A stretch of 64,000 nucleotides of DNA from Nitrosopumilaceae archaeon. Lineage in GTDB: Archaea > Thermoproteota > Nitrososphaeria > Nitrososphaerales > Nitrosopumilaceae. The translations under genes were made by a program, and so were the position numbers. Positions 9,594 through 19,629 of this stretch are shown here, piece after piece (positions within the stretch are counted from its first letter, which is position 1; the number at the start of each line of letters is the position of its first letter). The notes under the pieces were generated by a model. It was given only the letters and a program-made list of their open reading frames with translations, did no database searches and was not told the origin of the DNA. The stretch is from positions 1,024,001-1,088,000 of the forward strand of contig OZ242365.1 of assembly GCA_965208905.1 (NCBI GenBank), in the 5' to 3' direction.

Positions 9594-10517
9594 ATGATAA
9601 CAGTTCTAGCTGGCGGTACTGGTTCAGTAAAGATCGTACGAGGATTAGCATCTGTAGAGTCTGATGTAAACGTCATTACCAACGTGGGAGATAACTACTG
9701 GCTATATGGACTGTATGTCTGTCCAGATATTGACACCATAATATATGGCCTATCTGATCGATTGGATTTGGACAAGGGCTGGGGCGTAAAGAAGGACACC
9801 TTCAACTTCCTGCATCAGATGGAGGTCTTTGGGGAAGAGACTTGGTTCCGCATAGGTGATAGGGACGCGGCCACTCATCTAATACGTACCAACAAACTAA
9901 AGAATGGTGAGAATCTCAGTAACATAACAAAATGGATGTGTGAGAGGTTTGCAGTGGGTCCAAACATAATACCTGTATCCGACAACAGCATAGAGACGCG
10001 AATTACGACTAGTAAGGGAGATTTGCACCTTCAAGAGTATTGGGTAAAGTATAGAGGACGTGAAGAGGTTACAGGCATACAGTACGTGGGAGCCGAAAAA
10101 GCCCGCGCCAACCCTGAAGCCATACAATCCATACAAAACTCTGATGTTATTATAATATCACCGGGAAATCCTCTCACATCCATAGGACCTATGCTGCAAA
10201 TCAAGGGAATTAAAAAAGAACTCTCACGTAAAAAAGATCGTGTAATAGCCATCAGCCCCCTTATTGGTGATGAGTCTATAACTGGCCCGGCCGCCAAGTA
10301 CATGCGAGCCGCTGGTATAGAGTCCAACGCATACGGTCTGGCAAAGATGTACTCGGATGTATGCTCGACCATAATAATTGATAGTAAGGATCGAAATCTC
10401 ACCAAAAAGATACAATCTTTGGACTATAAAGTACTAGATACTAAGATCACTATGAAGACAAAAAATGCCGAGGAGAAATTGGCATCATTTGTACTAAAGA
10501 ATGCCAGATCAATTTGA
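9594..10517 (+). CDS. cofD: 2-phospho-L-lactate transferase (F420 biosynthesis)
   Basis: LAGGTG, CPDIDT, GDRDAATH, PGNPLTSIGP motifs. Confidence 0.93.
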   Translation: MITVLAGGTGSVKIVRGLASVESDVNVITNVGDNYWLYGLYVCPDIDTIIYGLSDRLDLDKGWGVKKDTFNFLHQMEVFGEETWFRIGDRDAATHLIRTNKLKNGENLSNITKWMCERFAVGPNIIPVSDNSIETRITTSKGDLHLQEYWVKYRGREEVTGIQYVGAEKARANPEAIQSIQNSDVIIISPGNPLTSIGPMLQIKGIKKELSRKKDRVIAISPLIGDESITGPAAKYMRAAGIESNAYGLAKMYSDVCSTIIIDSKDRNLTKKIQSLDYKVLDTKITMKTKNAEEKLASFVLKNARSI

Positions 10518-11140
10518 GACTATCTGTAATTATTCCTGTCAAGCAGTACAATACGGCAAAGACAAGACTGGATGTATCTGATGAGCAACGCGCAGAGTTG
10601 TGCCATCTGATGCTACATGAGACATTACTGACGCTGAACAGATCAGCTGATATACACGAGATAGTGGTGGTGACCGGTGAGGCCAGAGCTAAAAGACTAT
10701 CTGAAGCCATGGGTGCCACCACACTATACGATGATGATTCAGGAGTAAATCAGGCCGTACACACCGCCGATACATACCTAAGTAAGAGGCAGGCGACAAT
10801 GTCACTGGTCATTCCTCTAGACATGCCTCTGATGGAACCATCTGACATATCATTTCTCTTAAAATTTTTTACGCCCCCTGCATGCATTCTGGTTGTACCA
10901 TCCATACGGTATGATGGCACAAATGCATTACTGCGATGCCCCCCTGATGTAATGGGCACTAGTTATGATGACAACAGCTATAGAAATCACATGGCCATGG
11001 CGCGCCGTGCAGTTACAAACAATGGCCTTGTACATGTACCTAGAATGATGCATGATGTGGATACTCTCATGGACTTGAAGTATGTACTACAGCGGGCCAG
11101 ACCTGATCTCAAACAACGCATCAACGATATCTTGAGATGA
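10514..11140 (+). CDS. cofC: 2-phospho-L-lactate guanylyltransferase
   Basis: IPVK..AKTRL, DGTNALL, DVDT..DL motifs; adjacent to cofD. Confidence 0.9.
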   Translation: MRLSVIIPVKQYNTAKTRLDVSDEQRAELCHLMLHETLLTLNRSADIHEIVVVTGEARAKRLSEAMGATTLYDDDSGVNQAVHTADTYLSKRQATMSLVIPLDMPLMEPSDISFLLKFFTPPACILVVPSIRYDGTNALLRCPPDVMGTSYDDNSYRNHMAMARRAVTNNGLVHVPRMMHDVDTLMDLKYVLQRARPDLKQRINDILR

Positions 11141-12092
11141 AGTTGGTGCGCTGCTCTATCATCATTAGTATGGTCAGCGCACCAGTTACAACTATTATAA
11201 TCTGTATGGTGCCAAAGAATGGTTGCTCAAAAGCCTCCGTTATGCCCCAGTCACCCACATGCGCCACAAAGTGACCATATGAGTATATGAAATAGTTTGT
11301 GGCCCAATGTATCAACAGCGCGCAGACAAAACCATACCTGTAGTAGACGTATCCTAGTATTATGCCAGCTATTGTGGCCTGTGCCAGCTTTGCAACGCCC
11401 CAGGAGTCATCTTGTATAATATGTGATACGCCAAATATGACACCTGTAATTACAACTATGATTATGGCCCTCTGCGCCTTATCATGTATGTGGAGATGGC
11501 GCGCCGGATGCCACAACGACTGTGCTATAAATTTGATGGAGACTCTGTGAGTATATGCGGCAAAGAGGGGTACTCCCACCAATATGACGCGATACAGAAT
11601 CTCTTCGGTGATGGGAGATGCCGTAATGAGATAGAACTGTACCAGATGGTTTCCAATATCTGGTGGTGTTATGGCTAATCCTGCATACCCTTGTAGCATA
11701 TCAATTACTGTTGATACCAGCACCAGTACGGCAAACCATGAAAGTGCATGAATCATATAATTGGCTGTATGTGTAATTCCAAACACTCTCTCTTTTAAGG
11801 ATGTCAAGATATCCCGGTCAGGGCCTAACAGGGCTACTGCAAAGAAGGCGACGTATATCGACCATAACAGAATAAAGAGATCTCCTAATTCTATAAATGA
11901 TGGCAGTACACTGTACGATTCAGCTCCAAATAATGCAATGTGTGATGCTGGTACCTGAAAAGTAATATTCTGGCCTATATTGCCGTCGAATACCACATAC
12001 GCTCCTAGAGGAAATGATACTGCCATCATGCCCAGTATTGTGGATATTAGTGCTGAGTGTGGTATGCCGAACGGTACACGTCTTCTCTCCAA
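11121..12092 (-). CDS. CPBP/Abi-family intramembrane metalloprotease
   Basis: Multi-TM; EEILYR, FGVSH and HWATN motifs. Confidence 0.88.
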   Translation of the reverse strand: MERRRVPFGIPHSALISTILGMMAVSFPLGAYVVFDGNIGQNITFQVPASHIALFGAESYSVLPSFIELGDLFILLWSIYVAFFAVALLGPDRDILTSLKERVFGITHTANYMIHALSWFAVLVLVSTVIDMLQGYAGLAITPPDIGNHLVQFYLITASPITEEILYRVILVGVPLFAAYTHRVSIKFIAQSLWHPARHLHIHDKAQRAIIIVVITGVIFGVSHIIQDDSWGVAKLAQATIAGIILGYVYYRYGFVCALLIHWATNYFIYSYGHFVAHVGDWGITEAFEQPFFGTIQIIIVVTGALTILMMIEQRTNFISRYR

Positions 12093-12096
12093 CTCT

Positions 12097-12405
12097 CTAA
12101 TGCAGCTCTATACTGCCATCTGGAAAGCCAAGGCCTATTAATGTCTCTTTTATGGTCTCTCGATGATCTCCTTGTAGAAATATGTAGCCATCCTTGGCAG
12201 TACCGCCACAGGCATACTTGCTTTTGAGTCCCTTTGCTACACTATCAACATTATTGGTCTTTGGGTCTATACCTTCAATCATTGTGCCCTTCTTCTTGAA
12301 ACGTCTAGTTTCTAGTCGAATTATGATTTTAGCCCCATCTCGAGCTAACTCTACACACGCACAAAGATCCTCGGGTAAGCCACACGTGTTGCAAATAACT
12401 GCCAT
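12097..12405 (-). CDS. Translation initiation factor SUI1/aIF1
   Basis: CxxCGLPEDLC, LKSKYACGGT, LQGDHR. Confidence 0.93.
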   Translation of the reverse strand: MAVICNTCGLPEDLCACVELARDGAKIIIRLETRRFKKKGTMIEGIDPKTNNVDSVAKGLKSKYACGGTAKDGYIFLQGDHRETIKETLIGLGFPDGSIELH

Positions 12406-12462
12406 TGATTCAATACACGTAGGCTTAACATGTTATTAAGCCTTAGGGAGATGGCGGGATTG

Positions 12463-13506
12463 TCTATTGTGCGGAAATTAGTTCGCCCTAACTTTAGACT
12501 GCCAACCAAAGAATATTTTAGTCTATATAGATCACGCAAACCCATGAGAGTCAATCTGACACAGAAGCAGATAGATTATATCATTCGACAATGCAGGAAA
12601 GGTAGTAGTACATCACACATTGCTACAGAGATGAAGATTAGCCAGAGACGCGTACAACAACTCTGGGCAATGTATCGTGCAACGGGCAAGATTCCCACAC
12701 TACAAATGCCAGGCAGACCCAAGATTCCTCCCACCGAGGAGCAAACCAACGTCGTACTAGCAGCACATCGTATAATGCCAGCAGGCGTCACAAGGATCAC
12801 CAAGTACTTAAATCACAAGGGCATACAAATAAGTGAAAAAACGGTATACACAATCATGAAAGAAAACAATATGGTCACTCCATCTGCAGCAAAATCGCGC
12901 AGGCGTAAATGGATACGCTATGAGCGCAGATACTCCAATGCGATGTGGCATACGGACTGGCATGCGATGAAAGATCCACGTTTTCAAGGCTACCAATTAA
13001 TCACATATCTTGATGATGCGTCAAGATGTGTGGTTGGAGCCATGATATTCAAGGGGGCCACATCCGAGAACGCGGTAACAGTCCTGCAAAATAGCATTGT
13101 TGAGTTTGGAACCCCGGCCACCATACTCTCCGACAACGGATCGTGCTTTGTGGGTGTGAGAAGAAAGATTCCTGCAAAATCATGGACCCCCACTATATTT
13201 GAGGCAGAGCTGCTTGACCGGGGTATTGAGTTGATCAACACCCGCCCCTACCACCCACAAACAAACGGCAAGCTTGAACGGTTCCACCGCACCTTGGAAG
13301 AAGAACTATGTCATTTTGGCAGCCTAGCGGAGTTTGTCGCGTACTACAACGAGGTGCGACTGCACTGGTCTTTAGACATAAACAATGGCGAGACCCCGCT
13401 ACAGGCATTTCACAACAAAAAAGTACCAGATGATGTCAGGAAGAGTGACTTAGAATGGATGGAGAGGGACACCGATGACTAGGCGAAATAATTTCGACAT
13501 AATACA
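12463..13506 (+). mobile_element. IS481-family insertion sequence, copy 1 (intact)
   Basis: Imperfect TIRs TCTATTGTGCGGAAATTA / TGTATTATGTCGAAATTA; 15-bp direct repeat GAGATGGCGGGATTG at 12448-12462 and 13507-13521; near-identical copy at 46593-47636. Confidence 0.92.
12544..13482 (+). CDS. IS481-family DDE (rve) transposase
   Basis: HTH, WHTD, LDDASR, SDNGSCF, PQTNGKLERFH; start set to MRVNLT inside the element. Confidence 0.92.
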   Translation: MRVNLTQKQIDYIIRQCRKGSSTSHIATEMKISQRRVQQLWAMYRATGKIPTLQMPGRPKIPPTEEQTNVVLAAHRIMPAGVTRITKYLNHKGIQISEKTVYTIMKENNMVTPSAAKSRRRKWIRYERRYSNAMWHTDWHAMKDPRFQGYQLITYLDDASRCVVGAMIFKGATSENAVTVLQNSIVEFGTPATILSDNGSCFVGVRRKIPAKSWTPTIFEAELLDRGIELINTRPYHPQTNGKLERFHRTLEEELCHFGSLAEFVAYYNEVRLHWSLDINNGETPLQAFHNKKVPDDVRKSDLEWMERDTDD

Positions 13507-13514
13507 GAGATGGC

Positions 13515-13854
13515 GGGATTGTTGCGTAATTCGATCCTGGCACCACTGAAGCCCAACCAATAGATTTTTTGATCGTTGATCCCTTACACTCGACAATGAA
13601 TAGATGACCGGACTATTGGAAATACTACCATCTGCATTATACTGGACAACCGCCGCCGGTTCGGCAAGATCCGGACCATCACCTGAAACATCAAGGTGCT
13701 GAACCGACTCAAGTGTGCTCGGATACGTGAGATGGATATGCCATCCTACGGCATGGTGTCATGTGCGTGACCGTACAAGTTAGTATGTTCCACCAATGAA
13801 ACCACGGCGGGGCACATGCGAAAACAAGATCAGATGGAGTTACGCAACAACCCC
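13515..13854. mobile_element. Degenerate non-autonomous TIR element (possibly IS5-like)
   Basis: TIRs GGGATTGTTGCGTAATTC / GGGGTTGTTGCGTAACTC (16/18). Confidence 0.65.
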
Positions 13855-13877
13855 AACCTTGCGGTGAAGTTTTTATA

Positions 13878-14750
13878 TTGAGGCGTGTCCGTTTTGCTAA
13901 AATGGCTACTATGTACAAATCACACGGCAATCTTAACTCGTATCGAATTTATCTACGGCCAATGGCCAAGTGCAGATATGGTAACAGTACTTTAAAGAGT
14001 CTTAAACCACATCAAAAAAATGTGCTAAATATACTGCACATATTATTTATGTACGGTAGTGAAACCACATGGGCCATGGCCAAGACTAAGATGGGCAATA
14101 TCGAGAACATACGTACACAGGAAAAAGTCTTTAGACGCCTCATAGTAGGGAGGATGGACAGAAAGAAATACTCAGACGGTCTAGTGAATAACGGTTTGGT
14201 AGTAGCAGAAAAAGATCCCATAAAACCATACATGAAATACCGGCTGTCACTACACGGCATACTGTATAGTATTGATGCTCTTGACCCATTGCAGAAGTCC
14301 ATAGACCACATGACAACAAAGTATGTGCACATACTGCCGAAGGTGTTTGGAAAATGGGAAATGCTCAAGAGAATCCTGGGCGAGGATGTGTACAGTTTGA
14401 GAATACTCGCAAGTGGACTGTTTCTGAACAACATATATCTGGCAAATATGAGCGCCCCAGTTTATGAACTCATGTTGTTTCTTCACATAAAATACAAAGG
14501 CAGTTTTGAGATCATGTATGAGCATGATTTGGCTGAACAGATCTCGTATTGGTTCTACACGTTTTTGATGTACAAAGATATTGACAAGCTAAAAGCGATA
14601 TTGACCAATGACGACGACATTCGTGACTGGTACATAAAATTCATCCAGCAGGCAAAGTTGTATTATGATAATAGATTGCTTGCCATGAAAAACGTCAGTA
14701 ATACACTTGACATCAATATTCCAGATGTTGAGGTAAGTGAAAGTAAGTAA
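13878..14750 (+). CDS. Hypothetical protein (possibly wHTH-containing)
   Basis: 290-aa ORF; true start may be further downstream. Confidence 0.6.
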   Translation: MRRVRFAKMATMYKSHGNLNSYRIYLRPMAKCRYGNSTLKSLKPHQKNVLNILHILFMYGSETTWAMAKTKMGNIENIRTQEKVFRRLIVGRMDRKKYSDGLVNNGLVVAEKDPIKPYMKYRLSLHGILYSIDALDPLQKSIDHMTTKYVHILPKVFGKWEMLKRILGEDVYSLRILASGLFLNNIYLANMSAPVYELMLFLHIKYKGSFEIMYEHDLAEQISYWFYTFLMYKDIDKLKAILTNDDDIRDWYIKFIQQAKLYYDNRLLAMKNVSNTLDINIPDVEVSESK

Positions 14751-14824
14751 CTGTTAGGATTCTGACTTGCGCAATCGTTAGAGTCGAACCGGTAGTAGGA
14801 CACAAAAATTATTCTAGGCGGCAT

Positions 14825-15169
14825 TCAGATTAGTATCTTGTCCAGATCACTGAGGCCTATCGGCTTTATCAACAGTCCGGCTAGCGACTGTGACTTGGCG
14901 GCCTTGTATTTCTCATTGTCGAGGGAGTAGCCCGACATGAAGTATATCTTGGCATCTGCATATCGCTGTTTGAGACGGTTAAACACCTCGTACCCATCCA
15001 TGCCTGGCATATTTATATCCAACAACACGATGTCTGGCTCAAACTCCTCATACGTCGTCACAGACTCACGGCCATCTGTGACAGGGTTCACAGTATGCCC
15101 CTTCATAATAAGCATGAGATGCAAAGACTCTAAATAATCCAAGTCGTCATCTATTACAAGTATCTTCAT
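14825..15169 (-). CDS. Single-domain response regulator
   Basis: VIDDD, LLDINMPGMDG phospho-acceptor, KP motif. Confidence 0.93.
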   Translation of the reverse strand: MKILVIDDDLDYLESLHLMLIMKGHTVNPVTDGRESVTTYEEFEPDIVLLDINMPGMDGYEVFNRLKQRYADAKIYFMSGYSLDNEKYKAAKSQSLAGLLIKPIGLSDLDKILI

Positions 15170-15203
15170 TTTGGAACCTCGTCATACTTCATTGCATACT
15201 CAC

Positions 15204-16520
15204 CTAAACTCTGCGTACTACTCCCCCGGTATCTGTTGAGCTAAACGTCTGTGTTTTTGGAATGTATATGGAGAACAGCACTAATCCATTCTGATTCGAC
15301 GTCGTTATGCTCCCTTTGTGTAGTTTTACTATGTTCTTGCAGTATGTAAGTCCTAGCCCAGTACCATCTTTCTTGGTTGTAAACAACGGATCAAACATAT
15401 GTGGAAGAACATGTGAGGGTATGCTTGGACCTGAGTTCGCAAACTCCAGTATGACAGTGCCGTTCTTGTTACCAGTCTCAACATCTTCGTCACGAATACG
15501 GACGACTATGCGCCCTTGATTGTGTCCTATGGCCTGGACAGCATTACTCAACAGGTTGTAGAATACAAATTCCATCTTTTTGTTATCGCACTCTACGTTT
15601 ATGTTCTGATCGTCGTCGGGTATGTGTAGGTCGATATTCTTGGGCAGTGTTAACATATCCACTGCGTTGTGCAATATTTCCAACAACATAACTGAGTGCA
15701 GGTTGAGTGGGGTGTTGTTTACAAAGGTCAAGATGCTTTCGATCTGGTGCGATATACGCTTGATTGACCGCTCCATTCTTGCCGTCTCTTTGTTGAGTGG
15801 TGTGTCTAGATTAGATTTTTTGATCAATTCAACTGAATTGAGCAACGACCCAAGTGGGTTCCGTATGTTGTGTGCCATGGTGGCCGAAAATTTACCAAGA
15901 ACCTCAAATCGCTCCATTTGTACAGTCTTGTCTACATATGATCGAGTGATGCGCCGTACTAGAAATGTAATGAACGTCAACACTGTAATGTTAGCGATAC
16001 CAAGAAGTATCAGAAGTAATGAATTATGTGTAGTAATATCATTAAGGTGGGTACTAAGTTGTTCGTTCATGTTGTTTGCTATTTCAATTATCTTATTACC
16101 TAGTGTGTGTACCGACTCTACGTTATCATAAGTGAGGCCATTCTTTGAATTGATCATCTCTGTCAGCACAGTTGTGTATTGATCTACTACAACCCCCATC
16201 TCGTCCAACTCCGAATGCAGTCCCTGCGGCAGAGGTAGAATATCGTTCCCCCCCATAATGCTGCTATAGAGAAGTTCGGTGTTATGCTCTAACTCTTCAA
16301 TGGCAGTCTCAACATTCATGTGCATCTCACTTTCGTGAAATAGTGTACGGTACATCTCAAGCTGTACAGTGCTGGCTAGTAGCCGGTTCTTTCCTGTAAC
16401 GTCGATCAGTTTCCCATAAGAGGAATGTTGTAACTCGATGTGTGCTACAACAAGGAAGCTCGAGATGACCAAAATGGCTTGGACAAATATGAGTGATAGA
16501 ATCTTATGCAAAGCATTCAT
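15204..16520 (-). CDS. Membrane sensor histidine kinase
   Basis: Two TMs, AHNIRNPL H-box, NLLSNA N-box, FTTKKDGTGLGL G-box. Confidence 0.92.
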   Translation of the reverse strand: MNALHKILSLIFVQAILVISSFLVVAHIELQHSSYGKLIDVTGKNRLLASTVQLEMYRTLFHESEMHMNVETAIEELEHNTELLYSSIMGGNDILPLPQGLHSELDEMGVVVDQYTTVLTEMINSKNGLTYDNVESVHTLGNKIIEIANNMNEQLSTHLNDITTHNSLLLILLGIANITVLTFITFLVRRITRSYVDKTVQMERFEVLGKFSATMAHNIRNPLGSLLNSVELIKKSNLDTPLNKETARMERSIKRISHQIESILTFVNNTPLNLHSVMLLEILHNAVDMLTLPKNIDLHIPDDDQNINVECDNKKMEFVFYNLLSNAVQAIGHNQGRIVVRIRDEDVETGNKNGTVILEFANSGPSIPSHVLPHMFDPLFTTKKDGTGLGLTYCKNIVKLHKGSITTSNQNGLVLFSIYIPKTQTFSSTDTGGVVRRV

Positions 16521-16589
16521 ACGTGCGCGTCAACCCCACCTTACTGAGTGCATGTACTCACATATACACTTTTAAATTGTATTGTATGG

Positions 16590-16671
16590 AGAGTTAGTGT
16601 CGTAACTCCTCCTGAACCAGCAAAAATTGGGCAAATTTTACGCCTAGAATTTAGGTTATGACACTAACTCT
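16590..16671. mobile_element. 82-bp MITE
   Basis: 17-bp TIR AGAGTTAGTGTC(G/A)TAAC; GTATGG duplicated at 16584-16589 and 16672-16677. Confidence 0.85.
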
Positions 16672-17571
16672 GTATGGAAATCATGTCGCCTAGGCTTAGC
16701 TAAGAGAAGGTCACAGGAATACAACAAGCTATATAGATCAGGAGAATCGACGAAGACTGTGCTGACGGACAAGTCCATACACTACATCATCCGACAACTA
16801 GAGAATGGTAGAGATATTATGGTGGTGGCAGAGGAGATGAAAGTGTCACAACAGCACATCTAGCGGCTGTGGGCCGAATATTTCAAGACTAGAACGATAC
16901 ACATTCAGGGCCGAGTGGACGGCCCAAGGGCGCCGAACCCTCTAATACCTAGGCAAAAATGGTGCTGGACACGCACCGTCACTGGCCAGACGGAGTGCAG
17001 TTGACCGTAAAGAGGCTCCGGAGGACCGGATATAATATAGGTACACTAGAGTATATCGTATATTGAAGTCCAACGATATGGTCACCTCCTCCCCGGCAAA
17101 GTCAAGGCAGCGGAAATGAGTGCGGTATGAACGCCTCTACTCAAATGCCATGTGGCATGCCGCCTGGCATGCCGCCTGGCATGTCATGAAGGATCCTCGA
17201 ATGAAAGGAATGAACCTGATCACATATCTGTATGACGCTTCGCGGTGCGTCACCGGAGCTGCCCTCTTCAGGGAGGCCAACTCGAAGAATGCAGTGATGA
17301 TGCTGAGGCAGGCCATCAGCAGGTTCGGCGTACCGGCAACCATCCTATCTGACAACGGTTCCTGTTTTGTAGGTGCAAGAGGTCGCAAAAAGCCGAAGAA
17401 TTCTTGGATGCCGACATTGTTCGAGAACGAGCTGCCGTCCCTCAATATAAGCCTGATCAACTCAAAACCATGCCGCCCGCAGACCAACGGAAAACTGGAA
17501 CGATTCCACAGGGGTATTGAAGACGAGATATGGCGCTATGGCTGCCTGGACGACTACATCGAATAATACAA

Positions 17572-18681
17572 TAGTTGGGAGCATAAATAATCCTACACTC
17601 TATTAGAAATACATAAATGATCAAAATTACTAACTAATTATATGAATAACCAAACTAATGCCCAAAAAATAAAGGCTGCCCTAAAACAGACTAAGAGTGC
17701 GACACAGCACGCCCGTATCGTAGCCGTAAACATGGTGCGCATTAAAGGATATACCATCTCTGCGGCAGCGGATGTGCTTGGTGTCGATCGTAGCACCATA
17801 TATGATTGGCTTAATGCCTACGACCACAAAGGCCTGGATGGCCTCGCCGATGGTGCGAGGCCTGGCCGTCCATCTTTCGTACCGCGCCACACATTAGAGA
17901 ACATAATTAACGGTGTCAAGCGATTTACCGCCTACGGATTTGTTAAACTGGCTGAGAAAAAGACCGGCATAAAATACAGCGAATCACAAGCGCGCCGTAT
18001 CCTTAGGTCTCTTGGCTTCACTATACGGAAGACTCCCCGGATATCCGACCGAATTCCACCAAGGAAAGATCTCGAAATCTGGCAGAAAGACACCAAAAAG
18101 GAGGCAGAAATGTTTGAAAAGGACGGTTTTACACTCGTGATGGTAGACGAAAGCCACCAAAATTTAAGTATGTTTGGCAGCGGCGCAGTCTATACACGCG
18201 GTGATGCCATACCGGTACAAACGCCACTCGGCAACCAGCGCCAGACCATATACGGTGGCATCACGCTAGATGGGCAGACATGCTATATGGCCGCTAGCAA
18301 GGCCAACGACAGGTCCTTTATCAGATATTTGAACAAGACGAAAAAACGGTTCGGCAAGGTTGCCGTAATACTGGATAATGCTGCATATCACAACTCTAGC
18401 CGCGTAAAGCGATACTTGAAAAAGAATAGTGATTTCATCAAACTAATATTTCTGCCGCCGTACTCACCATTTCTGAATCCGGCCGAATGGCTGTGGCTCA
18501 ACGGCAAGGCAAGGATACGGCGGACTTTCAAGCGACCTGCCAAGAGATATTTCCGGAGGAAAATCATGCGGATATACGAGTCGCTGGAAATAAAGTTTGA
18601 TCCGCGCAGCATTCTGTTCAGAAATTTAGACAAAATCCTACCGGTGTAAAACTGGTGTCGGGTTATTTATGCACCTAACTA
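17572..18681 (+). mobile_element. IS630-family insertion sequence
   Basis: TIRs TAGTTGGGAGCATAAATAATCCTACAC / TAGTTAGGTGCATAAATAACCCGACAC; splits the IS481 remnant. Confidence 0.88.
17642..18649 (+). CDS. IS630-family transposase
   Basis: HTH, GRP motif, VDES, LDNAAYH, LPPYSPFLNPAE. Confidence 0.93.
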   Translation: MNNQTNAQKIKAALKQTKSATQHARIVAVNMVRIKGYTISAAADVLGVDRSTIYDWLNAYDHKGLDGLADGARPGRPSFVPRHTLENIINGVKRFTAYGFVKLAEKKTGIKYSESQARRILRSLGFTIRKTPRISDRIPPRKDLEIWQKDTKKEAEMFEKDGFTLVMVDESHQNLSMFGSGAVYTRGDAIPVQTPLGNQRQTIYGGITLDGQTCYMAASKANDRSFIRYLNKTKKRFGKVAVILDNAAYHNSSRVKRYLKKNSDFIKLIFLPPYSPFLNPAEWLWLNGKARIRRTFKRPAKRYFRRKIMRIYESLEIKFDPRSILFRNLDKILPV

Positions 18682-18857
18682 AATACCGCCAGACTGCACT
18701 GGGCGCTGGACATAGACAACTATGAAACATCCATGATGGTGTTCTGCAACAAGACGACCATTAACTAGACACGGAAGCAGAATTCCAAGTGGATGGAGGC
18801 GGACATCAATGAGTGACAGCTACGACGTAGCGCGACATGATTTCTATACAATACATG

Positions 18858-19558
18858 TACCTGAGCATATACATAAATTATTATGCTTGAAAAAATCATC
18901 TTCCGATATTATCACTGGTCAGAAGGGGATAAATGATTACCCTCATGGTGCTCTCATGACCGGCTCCCAAATAGTCATTAACTACTTAAACCGTCCGAGC
19001 TAACCTCACCGTCCGCCTCGTGATATATATATTTCAACACTCTCTTAAGAAGGTACATCCTCAGTAACCGTTTAACCTCCCCACAAATGAGTTCCTCCCG
19101 CAAGGCTGGATGGCGGCCCGAGACGAATCACGATGCCGCTAGACGCCCACTACATCCAATATGTGACAGAAGAAGGATGTTGATGGGATGGTACGCAACG
19201 GAATGCCCTGCGTTTGGACATGGTGAATTCACCCGTTGGTGTAGAAGAACCCGTTTTATGGTCCTTATAAGGGGGTTAAACGGTTACCATACTCAGCCCC
19301 TCTTGGTTTTCAGGTGTGATGTCTGACTGAATTTCGTTGTTCTACGCCTACAAAAGGAGAGGGTTGGGCATGTACCTTAAGTAGTGTCTCTTTTTTTGCC
19401 TACTTATCACCGCCGTTACACATGCTTGCATGCATGTTTAGTACTCACCCTAATTGATATTTGATATTTGTTATCCTGTTGCGGTATGCCTTTGCAGTCA
19501 TTTTACGGTTCTAGTGAATTCGTACTGATTTAATAATTCCCTCCTATCTTGGTCTTGT
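18858..19558. repeat. ~370-bp non-coding repeat, copy A (interrupted by nested MITEs at 19052-19376)
   Basis: Reverse complement matches 23450-23820 closely on both sides of the insertion. Confidence 0.9.
19052..19376. mobile_element. Nested MITE stack (three TIR pairs)
   Basis: Outer GGTACAT..ATGTACC; middle GTAACCGTTTAACC at 19064-19287 with CATCCTCA/CATACTCA TSD; inner (A/G)GTTC..GAACC at 19090-19251. Confidence 0.75.
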
Positions 19559-19629
19559 TGTAGTATATGAAAATTATGGGAATTATATAGTTTGTAACAA
19601 ACGAATATAAGGCAGAATCCCCCCCCCGT

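Larger units (their letters stand above)
16578..18855 (+). pseudogene. Degenerate IS481-family element interrupted by a MITE and by IS630
   Basis: TIRs TGTATTGTATGGAAATCATGTCGC (split by the MITE) and GCGACATGATTTCTATACAATACA; transposase fragments with stops (17120-17566; WHAAWHAAW duplication replaces WHTD). Confidence 0.85.

Noticed and set aside
12430-12543. N-terminal extension of the IS481 transposase; chimeric ORFs 12351-12554 and 47545-47688
   Set aside because: They cross the IS boundary and are ORF-caller artefacts
17152-17182. Tandem TGGCATGCCGCC repeat
   Set aside because: Local 12-bp slippage duplication in a dead transposase, not a functional array
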